This document shows, piece by piece, positions 10,133 to 23,700 of a DNA stretch of 64,000 nucleotides. The DNA is from Balanoglossus misakiensis. Lineage: Eukaryota > Animalia > Hemichordata. The notes below the pieces were generated by a model. That model made no database searches, had not been told where the DNA came from, and was given only the letters and a program-made list of their open reading frames with translations. The position numbers and the translations under genes are program-made. Position 1 is the first letter of the stretch. Each line of letters begins with the position of its first letter. Location: contig CM082589.2 in assembly GCA_040954595.2 (NCBI GenBank), positions 11,296,894 through 11,360,893 on the forward strand. Direction: 5' to 3'.

Positions 10133-13100
10133 TAAGCGCTATTTTGTCAGTGAAATGGCTCCATTATTATCCCTCCAACCATAGTTGAAACGGAGTTAAA
10201 TATGTACAGCTTGAAATCATAAAATGTTGCAAAATTGAACCAAGAGTTTGGTCAATGATCAAGTTCTTACAGCTATTACTAGAACCATACAGTCTCAGCG
10301 AACAAGAGACATTGGTCCGATTTGCAAGCCGAGTTGGAACTGACTTTGCCTGCACACAGATGTGCCAATTTCAGCGAATCTTATCGTATTTAAAAATGAA
10401 TATGGAGAATTGTTATCTGTGTTCCTATTGCTAGCCTACATACATGTAGCTGTTGTCATTCTAGTGTTTTTTTTCTGTATACCAAAATTGCCACACTGTT
10501 TGGGATACTTTTATCAAATGTTATGTGATACTATATCAGCCTGTTTTGGGGATCTTGACAATGACATATATTAGACTTTTCATACACAGCATGAGGTAGA
10601 ATTTCAGAAAAGATTAGGTAATAAGACTGTATATATCATAGGAAATAATCACTTTAGAAGTATTACGATAAAAAAAAATCATTTCACTCTTATTGGGAGC
10701 ATACATTTGTAAAACATACATACAGACATGAATACAGACATAGAGAGATCAAGGTGTATACGATTTTCAGTGGGGGAGGGGGTCCTCCTTAATTGCAAAC
10801 AACTATGTAATGGTAATTTCCCTTTTATAATAACAATTTTTGAGGTATAAGGAAAAAATATCAAACAAAATAAACAAAAAAACTAATTCAGCTATGATTT
10901 GATTCAATTATCATTCTAAAGAAGCACATATCATTAACTCACTACTAAACTTTTAAAGTGATCAACCATGCACTTTCTGAGAATTTTTTTTATGCCCCCA
11001 AAATACAATTTTTTCATTTTCAGAACATTTATGATATATCACAGTAAAAAAATCCCCTGGAAACTGCAAAACAAAAAATTGCAAAGCAATCAAACAAAAA
11101 TGGCAAAAATTGTCCACAAAAACTATATTGACAGTTCCATCATAGGATTTGTTAAAATGTCGTGATAACACACCTAGGAACCTGCAAACCAAATTTCAAA
11201 GAACTGTGAGTAGAGGTTTTTGAGTATTTGACCAAAATCACCCCAAAAATATACTTCAAACCAGATATTAACTGAATATGCTCACGTGCAGTACTGTGAT
11301 TGGTTGACAGAATAACAAGATTAGAAAAACCAGTGTTAAACCAATTTGGTTTATAGTGTATATGGTGTAAGGGTTGTGTGTTGCACCATTGTGAAATGTA
11401 AACATGTTTGTGGAATTGTTGCCTTGTCAATTTTTGTAAGGGGTTATGAGTCATGTACCCCATCCTGAACTGCATAAAAAGATAAGTCTATGGAATTCTA
11501 AAACTCGTTGATCAAAAATGGCAAGAAATATACCAAAAGTATGAATATTTCACCAGATTTCAACAAATCTGATTTCTGTTCATGCCTAAGAACCTCTTTA
11601 ACAAGTTTCAATAAGGAAGACATTTTGGCAAACAACAGGTAATTCAGACAAATCTGACTGATATCACATATATGAATTCCCATTCAAAGTTTCCAATCAA
11701 TTGGACTTGTGGTTTCACTGAAGACTATTTGGCCAAACCCTGCAGAATTCCCAAAAAATACAATTATGCAAATTTCTTTACAATTTGATCATATCTGACT
11801 GAGATCACCCCTAGAAACCCAAATACAAAGTATCAAAACAATTGCACTTACACACGGGATTTGATTTTTTGACAAAAACAGGAAATATTGCCCAAAAATG
11901 CATTTTTGCAAATTTCACCACCGTTTGCACAAATGTGATTCAGGTAAGCCCTATGAACCTCCATACCAAGTTTCCAATCAATTGGACATGTAATTTCAGA
12001 GAAGAATTTTTTTAAACAAAACTGCAGAAAATTCCCCCAAACATTCATAAAAAATAGTAAACGCCAGATACTGACTCCACCTGAACTAAATCATACGAGG
12101 TCTTCCCATAGTACTTGCACACCAATGCACGCCAATTTTTAACTGAATCTGATCCGCTGTTATTAAGTTTTTCAATTTTGACTATTTGAACATTTTTCCA
12201 GTTAATACCAGTAAGCATTTTTTCGCAATAACAATTTCTATGTACACACTAAATATCAGTAGTTTCAAGTTTTTGATGTTGATGGACATACACATACATA
12301 CATCAATACATTTAGACGAAACTGATCCATTCGCAAAATACATAATTCTGTATGAGGCACACATACAGACATACATAGACGACGGACACCAACTTATGCT
12401 ATAAGCTGACATTGATATACATGTTAGCCAAAAACCAAAATCAACCTCAAAATAGACATTAAAATATATTGCACCACCATGAGAAGACAAATTCATTTTT
12501 CGACAAATTTTCTGGGGCGTCATTGATATAGCATGGCATATTGTCAAAGTACGTAGTCTCTGTGATAAGATTCCATACACACAAAATGGTAACCTTGGAA
12601 GTCCAGCTGACGTAGTTATGCAATGGCGTCTCGTGTATTCCGTCGCCAAAAAATCATCGTAAAATTGATAGTCGGGGTCACAATTCAAGACGACTTTCTC
12701 TAAATTCTTTATGAATGGATTAAATCGAAATCGAAATGTTGACGTATGACGTACGGAATGAGATCTGAACAGACATTCAATGTTATCATTCTCGCTCGAT
12801 CACATATTGGGTAAGCCATCTAGCAATCGCTATATAGTATTGGCGATAACAGACTGTCTATAAACTCACAAAACGGATTTTACTGTTGAGTGTGATCAAC
12901 CGCCACATTATTTTTCTCTGAACAATAGACAAATAGAAAGCCTGGTGACATTTTGAGATTGACTGCGTGAGGACCACAATATGCGTGAATCATTTACGGT
13001 TTGTCTTGATGAATGGGTCACGTCATAGTCATAACGCAGATTCGGCTGCACGCCAACTATCCGCCATATTGTCTCCACTAACTTACTCGTAAGTAGTTTC

Positions 13101-13344
13101 AAACTTCATTTGAAAAGAGTATTCGTCTGACGGTCCTGTAGATTAACAATTTACGCTCTATGAAGCAACTAAACAACGTTAGCTTCCTTGTGGATTCACG
13201 TAGGGAAGTTATTCGTAACGACGGGTACAGCGTCTGAGCATGGACAGAACCACGGCAATATCGCCAGGAATGTCTCATTTCACAGCGCCCTCAAACAGTC
13301 GATCTCCTCAAACTATCGTTTCCACTGGTCATATATGCGGCATT

Positions 13345-13608
13345 AACGAAAGCTCACATAGACAACCATGTAATAGAAAAATTAAAACTTAAATAACTTC
13401 ATTAATATCAAAGCCACACGCACCAAAACCTTTTCAGTTCTTGCCATATGATATCTGAACCTGTGTACTAAATTTGGTTGAAATCGGTTCAGCGGTTCTT
13501 GAGATATCGGGTATACAGACAGACAGACACACACATACATACATACACACACACACACACAGACATCGCTAAACCATAAGCTCACGTGATTTTCACGTGA
13601 GCTAAAAA
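13345..13608 (-). mobile_element. Helentron-associated non-autonomous element (HINE/DINE-like)
   Basis: Terminal hairpin AGCTCACGTGA-TTT-TCACGTGAGCT next to an A5 run, (ACAG/ACAT/AC)n microsatellite, subterminal AAGCTCAC repeat. Confidence 0.7.
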
Positions 13609-14361
13609 TGAAAAAAAATCCATGAGGTCTCAAAATGAATACACACCAATTTCTAAAGCAATTTGACCAGTTTCCACCAATTTCACATCGGTCCCAGTGG
13701 TAGATAGACATATACGAAATGGGAACCAAAGAATAAAACACATTTCAAAGATTTAACACATCTTTTTCCTCAAGAGTGTTTTTCAAATCTTCTCCACATC
13801 CTTCAAAATCGCCACCATAAAGCCATATTACTTGAAGTGCTTATGTTTGTCATATCTAGGTGATGCATACCACTATAGATGTGTACCCTTTGTATAGAGG
13901 CAGATTAAACAGGTGTGGTACCTGTTAAATATCTGACTTCTTTAAATTACAGCCACAATCGTCAGTCAACAAGATGTTCATGTAGATGTATACCTAGCAG
14001 TAAGCTTATTTAGATTGACAAATCTTAGATGAAAATAATGAAAAAGTGGCACAACCCTTAGGGCTTTAACTAGCAGCTTTATGCCAGATGAGTTCGAGTC
14101 TAACGATGTAATGTTGACATTAAGGTTTCATTGAAATAACTTGGGAACCTCTCTACTATTTGAAGCACCAAAGCTGTGAAAAACTTCCTTCTTTCCCTGA
14201 GTTTTTTATGAATATGTTCTAATCTGGGACAACAATTTGTTGCCAAGTGTCTTGACCCCTTTACCAAATGTCAGGGACCGGATTTTTTTCAGCAAAATTT
14301 CAAATAACCTTGGCTGATTTTTTACCTACTTTCACATATTGGGTAGCATGAAACAAAGTAT

Positions 14362-15559
14362 GGCTTCCAGAAGGGTTATAGATACAGTGTTTTGTAATAA
14401 CAAGAATTAACATGAAACTATAATTTCATGGTTAATTTAGGACCGCCTTAATCTATGGTAATGTCATTAAATATTTGCATATCTAATTGTAGGCTATCCA
14501 GTGGAGGGAGAAACCTAAACATGGACAACATTGGGGTCAAAATTGTTTGACAGAACTTTGGGTGACTTTGGGTAAACCTTGACCAACATTACTATATCTT
14601 GGCATCCAGAGCAGATGCAACCTTGACACTTGGAGTGATGGAAATGCATAATGGAGTATTATGTCTCAGCTAGTCACAGTGCTTTTGCTGTGTTTTATGT
14701 CTTTTATTCAGCCAAATTAGATGTTTTTTATTACACATTGGCTGTGTTTGCCAGTACTTTTTAGCTGGTCACACTGCCTTAAGACAATGTATTCTCAAAA
14801 TACCATGCAATCATTATGAAGCATATACAGCAGACAAAGTTATGGTATGACTGAACTTGCCCTTCTTTGTGACTAAAGCATGACCGGCCTGTCTTAGGTG
14901 GCCCCTACCTAGGGGCTTTACCCGTCATTGGCTCACAGTCTGAGAAATCAGCTCTGCAGGGAAGTTAACGATGTAACCCACCATTAAAGCTTGGATTTCC
15001 GCTTTTTGTATCTGATGCCTGGCTGAGGCCTTCTTAGGATCTACCCAACGCTGAGTAGGCTATCCCGTCATTGGCACACAGTCTCAGGGAGGGAGTTCAA
15101 AGTTCAGTATACCAGCAAAGCCTTTATATTGTCCATTCTTTTTAAGAGAAGGCTGGCTGCTGTAGAAAAATGTTGATCTCAAATGTATCATGTCCAAAAA
15201 AAGGCAGACTTCCAGCCCTATTGGTTAGGCTGGCATTAGGTATGTACATAATTAATGAGGCAAGACATAATATTCCATTACATAGTTCCATAACTCCAAG
15301 TGTCAAGGATGTATCTGTGCCGGATGCCAAGATATAGGAATGTAGGTCAAAGTTTACCCAAGATCACCCAAAAGTTTGTCAAAAGATTTTGACCCCAGAG
15401 TTGTCCATGTCCAGGTTACCACATCCACTAGAATAAGATATGCACATATTTAATGAGGTTACCATAGCTCAAGGGGGTCTTTAATTAACCATCAACATTT
15501 AGTTTCATATTAATGCATGTTAATATAATACACTGTATCTATAACCCTACTGGTAAGCC
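14362..15559. repeat. Cassette: ~300 bp inverted repeats around a ~600 bp core (copy 1)
   Basis: 14362-14666 is the reverse complement of 15263-15559. Confidence 0.85.
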
Positions 15560-18500
15560 TAGAATTAGGTACATGCGAAAGTTTTTGACAAGATAGATAA
15601 GTTGTAAAATATGTACATGAACCTGACAATTGACTTAAAATAACATAAGGCAGACTTGATACTTATCGGAGATAGATACTAATAACAACAGTGATGTTAA
15701 TTACACCGGGAATGTTTGTCTTATTATAGCTACATGTAAAAGACTGCTTGAGGTAATGTAATTAAAGTGACCACTTGCGATTCACCTTCAAAGTGCTATG
15801 CAAGTACATTGTTTTTCCAATGATTGGACAAAGGATATTCATAATGTGTAATTAAGGCTGGATAGCATTTTCAATGTAATAAGCCCTGCCTTCACTATAA
15901 TCTTACGCCAAATCAACATTGTTCAATTTATGTTAATAATTTCACTAAGGGATACTTGTTACATCAAATTTCCAAGCAAGGGGTGTCAGATTATTGGGCA
16001 AGTGGCATGCATGACACTAGACGATACTTTTGGAAGCAAAGCGGACAGAACACGGCTGGATATAGACTAGGTAATTCTGAATGTGACCATGAACTGTACC
16101 ACAGACTCTGTATTGTATGTTTCTGAAGAATCCCATTTAACCCAGACATCAACATACTTCAACCTTGTAAGAAGTAGAACATACATGATTTACTAGTAAA
16201 TATTTGCTAGCTTATTACACACTTTGGATTACACAAAAATAGGTGTGTACACCGCTGTGACATTGCCAAGCAGATATGACCTACCAGGTAACCTAATACA
16301 ATTTCACAGGAATCGGAGTATTTTCAGTGAAAACAACATTTCTTCAACAATGACAAAAACTGCCTCAACCACAAAAATTCAGATATCAACAAATCCAACA
16401 ATATCTCACTTCAATCACCACAAGGAACATGCCTACCAAAATTGAAAGCAATTTGACATGCGGTTTCAAAGAATACAAATTGCAAAAATTGCCTCAAGAC
16501 CACAAATATGCAAATTTCACCAAAATGATATACAACATTACTTGGGTTACCTCATGGAACAAGCAAACCAAAATTTAAATGCAACCTGACCTGACATGGA
16601 GTTTCAGAGAAAATGATTTTTGACCAAAAATGACAAAATTATATTTCCCAAAAATTACAAATTTTGCCACAATTTAAACAATACTAACAAAGATTACCTA
16701 TAGGAAATAGCATACTAAATTCTAGATACAATTCACGATATTAGCTGAAAGTATATCAGGCGTGACATAAGCTACATGCATACAAATGTTCAAAGCAATC
16801 TGACCAGTTGTTGAGTTTCTGAGTTTTGATCAATTTCACATTGCTCCAGGTAATTAGCATATTTCATTTGAACAGGCGTGCCTGCATCTAAAAACCCAAT
16901 ATCAAGACTTACCACACAGACTCTGTATTGTATGTTTCTGGAGTAATCAAATAAAACCAATCATGAAAATACTTCAACCTTCTTAATATGAACAAAATCC
17001 TATTTACAGGCTGGCCTACATCTACACACCAAATATCAAGGGGATACGCGAAGGGGTTTTCAAGTTTTTGATGTGGACAGACATACATACATCCATATAT
17101 ACTACATACACACATACAGAGGCAACTGACTGGTCAGAAGGCATGAGCAAAAATGCAGGAAATCAATGTTGTGACACTGGTAGTAGGCCTTAATGTATAC
17201 AATATCAAGACAGTTTATTTAACATGAAGTTTGATATGTTCATAATCATTCAGAGCTAAGCATATTTTGAAATTGTAAAATTAATATCAATCACATGAAA
17301 ACTGACAGCATGCTTTCATTTGGGAATTTAGGTATTGTAATTAACACTAACAGTCATGAAACTATTGAATCGTCAATAAAATCATACAGTAGAAATTAAT
17401 GGGTTTTCTATTTATATGCGATATGAAAATGCAACTTGTGGTCCTTCGGCCAGTAAGAGGCATCAGATAATATTGTAAGACCCAGTTGCCCAATTGATTA
17501 GACCTACATGTATGCGCTGTGTGAAGCGCAAGTTATGGCAACTGAATTCACAGGACACTGAAGAAAGTGGAATCACTCAAGGTACATATGTATACATGTA
17601 GGCTAACAATCACAACACAGAGAATAGTTCTCCATATTCATTTTTAATACGATAAGATTCACTGAATTGGCGCATCCATGGGCAGGCAAGGTTAGTTCCA
17701 ACTCAGTTTGCAAATCAGGCCCATGTATCTTGTTCCCTGAGACTGTCTGCTTCTAATAATAGCTGTAAGAACATAATCGTTGACCGAATGGTTGGTTCAA
17801 TTTTGCAACATTTTATGATTTCAAGCTGTGCAATATTTGCAACTCAGTTTCAACTTTGGTTGGAGGGATGATGATGAAGCAATTTCACTGACAAAATAGC
17901 ACTACTAACTGACGTCAATATTTGTTCAAAGTTAAATGCATTGCTATCAGAAAAATGTATACTAAAAGTTTCGTATGTGAATAATAACACTTTTTCGTAT
18001 AACTGCAAACCCTGTCACAGTTGTGAAATTCTAAGAAAATTCATTCATTAGGTAGAATTCGTGCTTTATGAATTCTTAAACAAACTTAGTCATGAAACCT
18101 AAATGGTTACCTTACACATGTTGAGGCTCGACTTCTGTGATATGATAGTCTTTAATTAATGTGTATGTGATTCCATACAAATCCATATGATTACCTGAAC
18201 ATACAAAATAAATTAAAAATAAATACATAAATTAAAAATAAATAAGTATCTCATACATATGCATAAGTGCTTGTGAGAAATATATCATATATCTAAATAA
18301 ACCTGTCATTTATTGACCTCATTTTCCCAGTAAACCAAAGGACTAAATTGCACTTTAATATTACAGCTTCATTTCAATGCAACAGGTACACTACATCATA
18401 AGGGAACAAATATGCCAGCTCAACATTTATATAAACAGTGTCAAAATATAAGTGGCTACAAAAGCTTGTGTCCCTTCAATCCATTCTCCCACTCAGGTCA

Positions 18501-19507
18501 AACGTGTTACATATTAAAATTGCAATGTGCATAATATACAATTAGTCTTTTGTAAATTCAGACTGAGAAAATATGACTGATAAACATTATCTGGCACATG
18601 TTGGTGAATGGCTGGCGTTGATGTTGTGTGTTGAAATCCGAACTATGATTATCGCGGGTACAAATCACATTTATTTTCTCAGAGACAACACGTTTGCAAC
18701 TTCGGGACAGAAAGGTGAAAACGAACGTCATTAGTTCTTGGGAAAAAACTCTGAAATCAATTTCGGTGAGGTCAAATGTGTTCCAAAGGCAAACCGTTTC
18801 TGGTAAACAAATCAATGGCAAATAGTTACTTCGGCGACTTACCAATCAATCAACATGGCTGCCAAATCGTTGGATATCCCGGTTTCATCTCGCGATCATT
18901 CTATCTTCCGATATGGCGTTGCTTGGTTAAATTCGCCTCTTCTTTGCCGACATAGTCGGGCGACAGCGGTCCAGAAGCATATACAGCGACGCCATCTTGT
19001 TTACAATGTGAAGTATCAACTGCGCATGCTCAATGGTTGTTGATTGGAAAGTGGGCAGAGCCTGCAAGATCCAGGGTTCGCTTGACCGGCCAAACGCGGT
19101 TATTCTCCCTAGACCAAATCATTTAAGCGTCAGGCGTAATACATCACATAATTGACTGGAAAACTAAACAGTCTTCCACCTATATATCAACACAGTTTAT
19201 TAAACCAGCACCCGCGCAAATATTCACAAGTATATGATTAAAATTGATGAAATCATTAATCGCACGGTTACAGCTGTCATAGTTTCTAATAATATTATTC
19301 ACTGGTAGCGCTGACATACCATGTTGAAACTTGTCGCGGAAAACAAGATAATTGATCTTACGGTGTCATTTGTTTTTAAAAAGTGCTTAATAACTATTGA
19401 TCCCATTGATATATTTTTTCCATATTTATATATTTTTCGCAAATTTTGACTGCTTGGGCTACTAATAGCATGGTGATCACAATGGATTTACCACCTCCCA
19501 GCTGCGT

Positions 19508-19514
19508 TATAAAA
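19508..19514 (+). promoter_or_regulatory. Putative TATA box
   Basis: TATAAAA ~60 nt upstream of a signal-peptide-coding exon. Confidence 0.4.
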
Positions 19515-19818
19515 GAATGCCTATTCTGTGGACACTAGCCTCATCGAAGACCGAACGTGTTCATCGATGTTTCCATTCATGACGAACTCCAATGCAGGCG
19601 TTGCAGTCATTCTGGCTTTCACGCTGTGGGCACCTCTGGTGACAGCAATTCCCAACAAGTTGCGGGTAAGTAATCACACAACCTATATGAGTGAAAGTTT
19701 CTTGTCATTTTCGCAACGTCAAGGTTGATATTCTCTTCTTGGATCGAAAATGTGTGACACAACAAATGAATCTGCGTGGCAGGGTCGGCTGTGTCTTTTG
19801 CTTCGAGGCATAGTCGTC

Positions 19819-20552
19819 TGTCACGCATCGACGGCTATACGTGAACTAGACAAATCGAATCGAACGATCAAATCTACGAAAATATATTCCACCTGGGGAT
19901 TTAATTACTAATCATGAAAATATTACCCGTACATCAAAATACCATATACAGACATGACAATCAAAACGCCACGTGGTCAAACTTATGAAAATAATCCGTT
20001 ACAATCTTAACTTATCTTAACTTAACTTAAATCTAATAAATAAAGTCCGACAAACATCGTCCTCGTTGGCATGCATGTGGAGTCTGGTAATTCATCCAGG
20101 TCTTCCTCCTGTCCGACTTGACCGCGACGCAGATACTCTTCGTGCACTTGCCAAAGTACACCGAGACGTCACCGCACATTCATTCCACACCAGCAATGTC
20201 CATTGACAGATCAAAGTTCCGTACGGCTAAACGCCCAATTTCAGAACATCTCGACATCAATTCAGTGTAGTGTGCTGGGTTATTAAAATATACCACAGGT
20301 TGAGATGAAAAGTGATAGTCAAAACTCACATGGTTGGAGGATGTCTATGGATCCAAAATCATACACGTCAAACGCTATGGCTGCCATCCTATCAAATCCC
20401 CTAGGAAGTAGTCAGACCAGGTGGTCCTCAAGACTCCCCAAGCTACTAAAACACACGTATTCAATATACTAAATCTCACCACCGAGGGCGTAAACTCTAG
20501 AGAGACAATTACAAGTACATACAATTATGCTATATCACAGAATATCGTCACA
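19819..20552 (-). repeat. 3' LTR of Gmr1-like element
   Basis: TGTCACG...CGTCACA, direct repeat of 29152-29885. Confidence 0.95.
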
Positions 20553-20730
20553 CCCCCCTTCCAGAACAAGAAATTTTGGTATTGAAGATTCCAAAATTTT
20601 TAAGAATTCTAACTCTAGATTTACAAATACAATATATACTTTTTTTTTTTTTACAACTTTAAATATTTTCCTCTTAAGTAGCAAAATATATCTTTCATGA
20701 GAGATATATACACCAGTCAATTACAGTTAA

Positions 20731-23700
20731 TTAATACATACGGGATAAAGCATCGGCGCATACATTATCTTTTCCCCGAATGTGCCTAATCTCCAAGTCA
20801 TATTCTTGTAACAACAAACTCCAATTAAGCAATCGTCGATTCTTATTTCTCATCTTATGCAAGAATACCAGCGGATTATGGTCTGTAAAAACTACAACGG
20901 GTTTCCCAGATGAAGTTACATAGATTTCAAAGTGCTGAACTGCTAAGACTAAAGCAAGGGCTTCCTTCTCGATAGTAGAGTAATTCTGTTGACAAGAATT
21001 AAATTTCCTAGAAAAATAAGCAACTGAGTGTGCCACATTAGCACCATCAAATTGAAGTAATACAGCCCCAGCTCCCACGTCACTCGCGTCTACATTCAAT
21101 GCGAATGGTTTGGTAAAGTCGGGTGCTTTCAACACTGGTACAGTACACAGCAACGATTTGACTTTGTCAAATGATATCTGACATGACGAAGACCATTCAA
21201 ATTTTCTGCCCTTCTTTAACAAATTGGTTAGAGGGGCAGCCACTTCAGAAAAGTTTCTACAAAATTTCCTGTAGTAACCGGCCATCCCCAAGAAACGCAT
21301 TAAACCACGTCGATTTACTGGCACCGGATATTCAACAATATCTTTAATCTTAGCAGTAAGAGGAGCCACTTCACCTCCCCCCACAATATGGCCTAAATAC
21401 CTAACTTTAGCCTTTCCGAATTGACATTTACTCAAATTTACAGTCAAGTTATCTCGTCGCAATCGGTCAAACAATTTGTCAAGTGATGCTACATGTTCAG
21501 ACCAAAGTACACCACCATATGAGGCAATGTCATCGATATAGGGATCTGTTTCTTTCATCCCTTCTACACATGAATTCATCATTCGTTGAAAAGTAGCTCC
21601 AGAATTTTTCATGCCAAAAGGCATAACTTTATACTGATACAAACCATCTGGTGTGGCAAAAGCAGATATCTCCTTGGCTCTTTCAGTCAATGGAACACAC
21701 CAATAACCTTTAAGCAAGTCTAAAGTAGTTATATACTGTGCTTTACCAATGCGATCTATACAGTCATCAATCCGAGGGATGGGATAAGAATCAGTTTTGG
21801 TGATGGCATTAACTTTCCTGTAATCAGTACAAAATCTTACACCGCCATCAGGCTTATCCACCAAAAGACATGGCGAAGCCCAACAGCTATTGCTAGTTTC
21901 GATGATATCATTATTCAACATATATTTAATTTCACCCCGAATTTTCTCAAGCTTCTCAGGGTTCACCCGATATGGATGTTGTTTGATGGGTCTGGTATTT
22001 CCCACATCTACATCATGAAAACACACATTAGTCCTCTTCGGCACATCAGGAAACAAATCGACATACTTATCTAATAACTGACTAATATCTTTCCTGTGGT
22101 CAGGTGACAAATGCCCCAATAAAGTATCCCGATTACTCAACAGCTCTGAGTTTTTCAATTTTACATCATGGTCGCTCTTAACGTCAGCAACTGCTACATA
22201 TGTCGAGTCTGTTTCATGATCTACTTCTGGAGACATTATAGGCAATACATTATGTACATGGTTTTCATTACGATAAAGCTTTAACATGTTTATATGACAT
22301 AATTGTGTCGCCTTTCGACGATCAGGAGTTTCAATTACATAATTTACATCATCAACCTTCTCTAGAATTTTATACGGACCATGAAAACGTGCGCTCAAAG
22401 CATTTCCGGTTATGGGCAACAACGCTAATACTTTGTCACCAGGTTTAAAGGCGCGACTCTTCGCTACCCTATCGTACAAGTGTTTCATTTTATTTTGGGA
22501 TGATTTCAAATTAGCTCGAGCAAGTTCACATGCCTCACTGAGTCTGGATTTAAATGTGGACACATACTTCAACAAGGTCATACCCGATGGACTGTCGTCA
22601 AGCCATTGTTCCTTCAGCAATTTAAGAGGACCGCGCACTCGATGGCCGAATATCAATTCAAATGGACTAAACCCCAACGACTCCTGAACAGACTCTCGAA
22701 CTGCAAAAAGCAACAAATGCACCCCTTCGTCCCAATCCTTGTCATTGTTGAAACAATACACTCGAATCATATTTTTCAAGGTAGAATGGAACCTCTCTAA
22801 AGCCCCCTGCGACTCTGGATGATACGCACTGGATTTAACCTGATTTATCCCCATGTGATAAACTAGCTGCTGAAATAACCCAGACATAAAATTAGTTGCC
22901 TGGTCAGATTGAATCTCTCGTGGAAATCCAACCCATGCAAAGAAACGTGACAGTGCTCCGGCAATCACTGGAGCCGTTATGTTCCGAAGTGGAATCGCCT
23001 CAGGAAAACGCGTAGACATACACATAATAGTCAGCAAATACTGATTCCTAGATCTAGTTTTTGGCAGAGGCCCTTCACAATCAATCAGAATCTTACTAAA
23101 CGGTTCATCGAAGGCAGGGATGGGTTTCAACGGAGCGACAGGAACAGATTGATTAGGTTTTCCGACCAACTGACAAACATGACAATTTCTGCAATAATCA
23201 GCAACGCTCTTTCTAATTTTTGGCCAATAGAAATGTCGAGTAATTTTCCACATAGTCTTGGAAACACCCAAGTGTCCACCCATTGGACCCTCATGGGCCA
23301 ATCCCAAAATCTGAGATCGATAACTTTCAGGAACAACAATTTGGTACAATACCGACCATTCATTCGACGCAGGCTCAGTGGGAGGACGCCATTTTCTCAT
23401 CAGTACTCCCTGATTCACAAAGTAACCCCTTGGAACCTTTTTCAACTCATCGACAGACAAAACCACTTCAAACAGTGGAGCAAGATCGGAATCTTTACTC
23501 TGTTCTGATATCAATTTCTCACGAGACAGCGACATTTTCGAATCAACTTTATCGACTGACGTTTTCGAAACATTATCATCAACTTTCAATAAACTTTCAT
23601 CGTCTACAACATTCGAAATCAACTTTCCCATAAAAGTCTCAGACAAATCAAGATCATCAGACATCGATTCTAAATTATGCGCTTCTTTGTTCATGTGCTT

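Larger units (their letters stand above)
9102..18111. mobile_element. Large non-coding foldback-like element, copy 1 (long TIRs starting GGTAACC)
   Basis: TIR modules ~9102-10470 and ~17300-18111 are inverted; flanks TGA/TTA are a degenerate form of the TAA duplication seen in copy 2. Confidence 0.65.
7860..19033 (+). repeat. Left arm of giant imperfect inverted duplication
   Basis: Collinear reverse-complement match to 35450-45601 in blocks, e.g. 18980-19033/35450-35510, 13600-16075/40150-42620, 7865-7925/45540-45601. Confidence 0.9.

Noticed and set aside
12182-13340. 168-aa ORF and CpG-rich insert specific to the left arm
   Set aside because: No recognisable motif; the ORF runs into a microsatellite-bearing repeat; no convincing TIR or TSD found
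14886-15083. SECIS element or hammerhead ribozyme in the cassette core
   Set aside because: The minus strand has ATGAC but no opposing GA quartet with correct helix II and AA spacing; no CTGANGA/GAAA core
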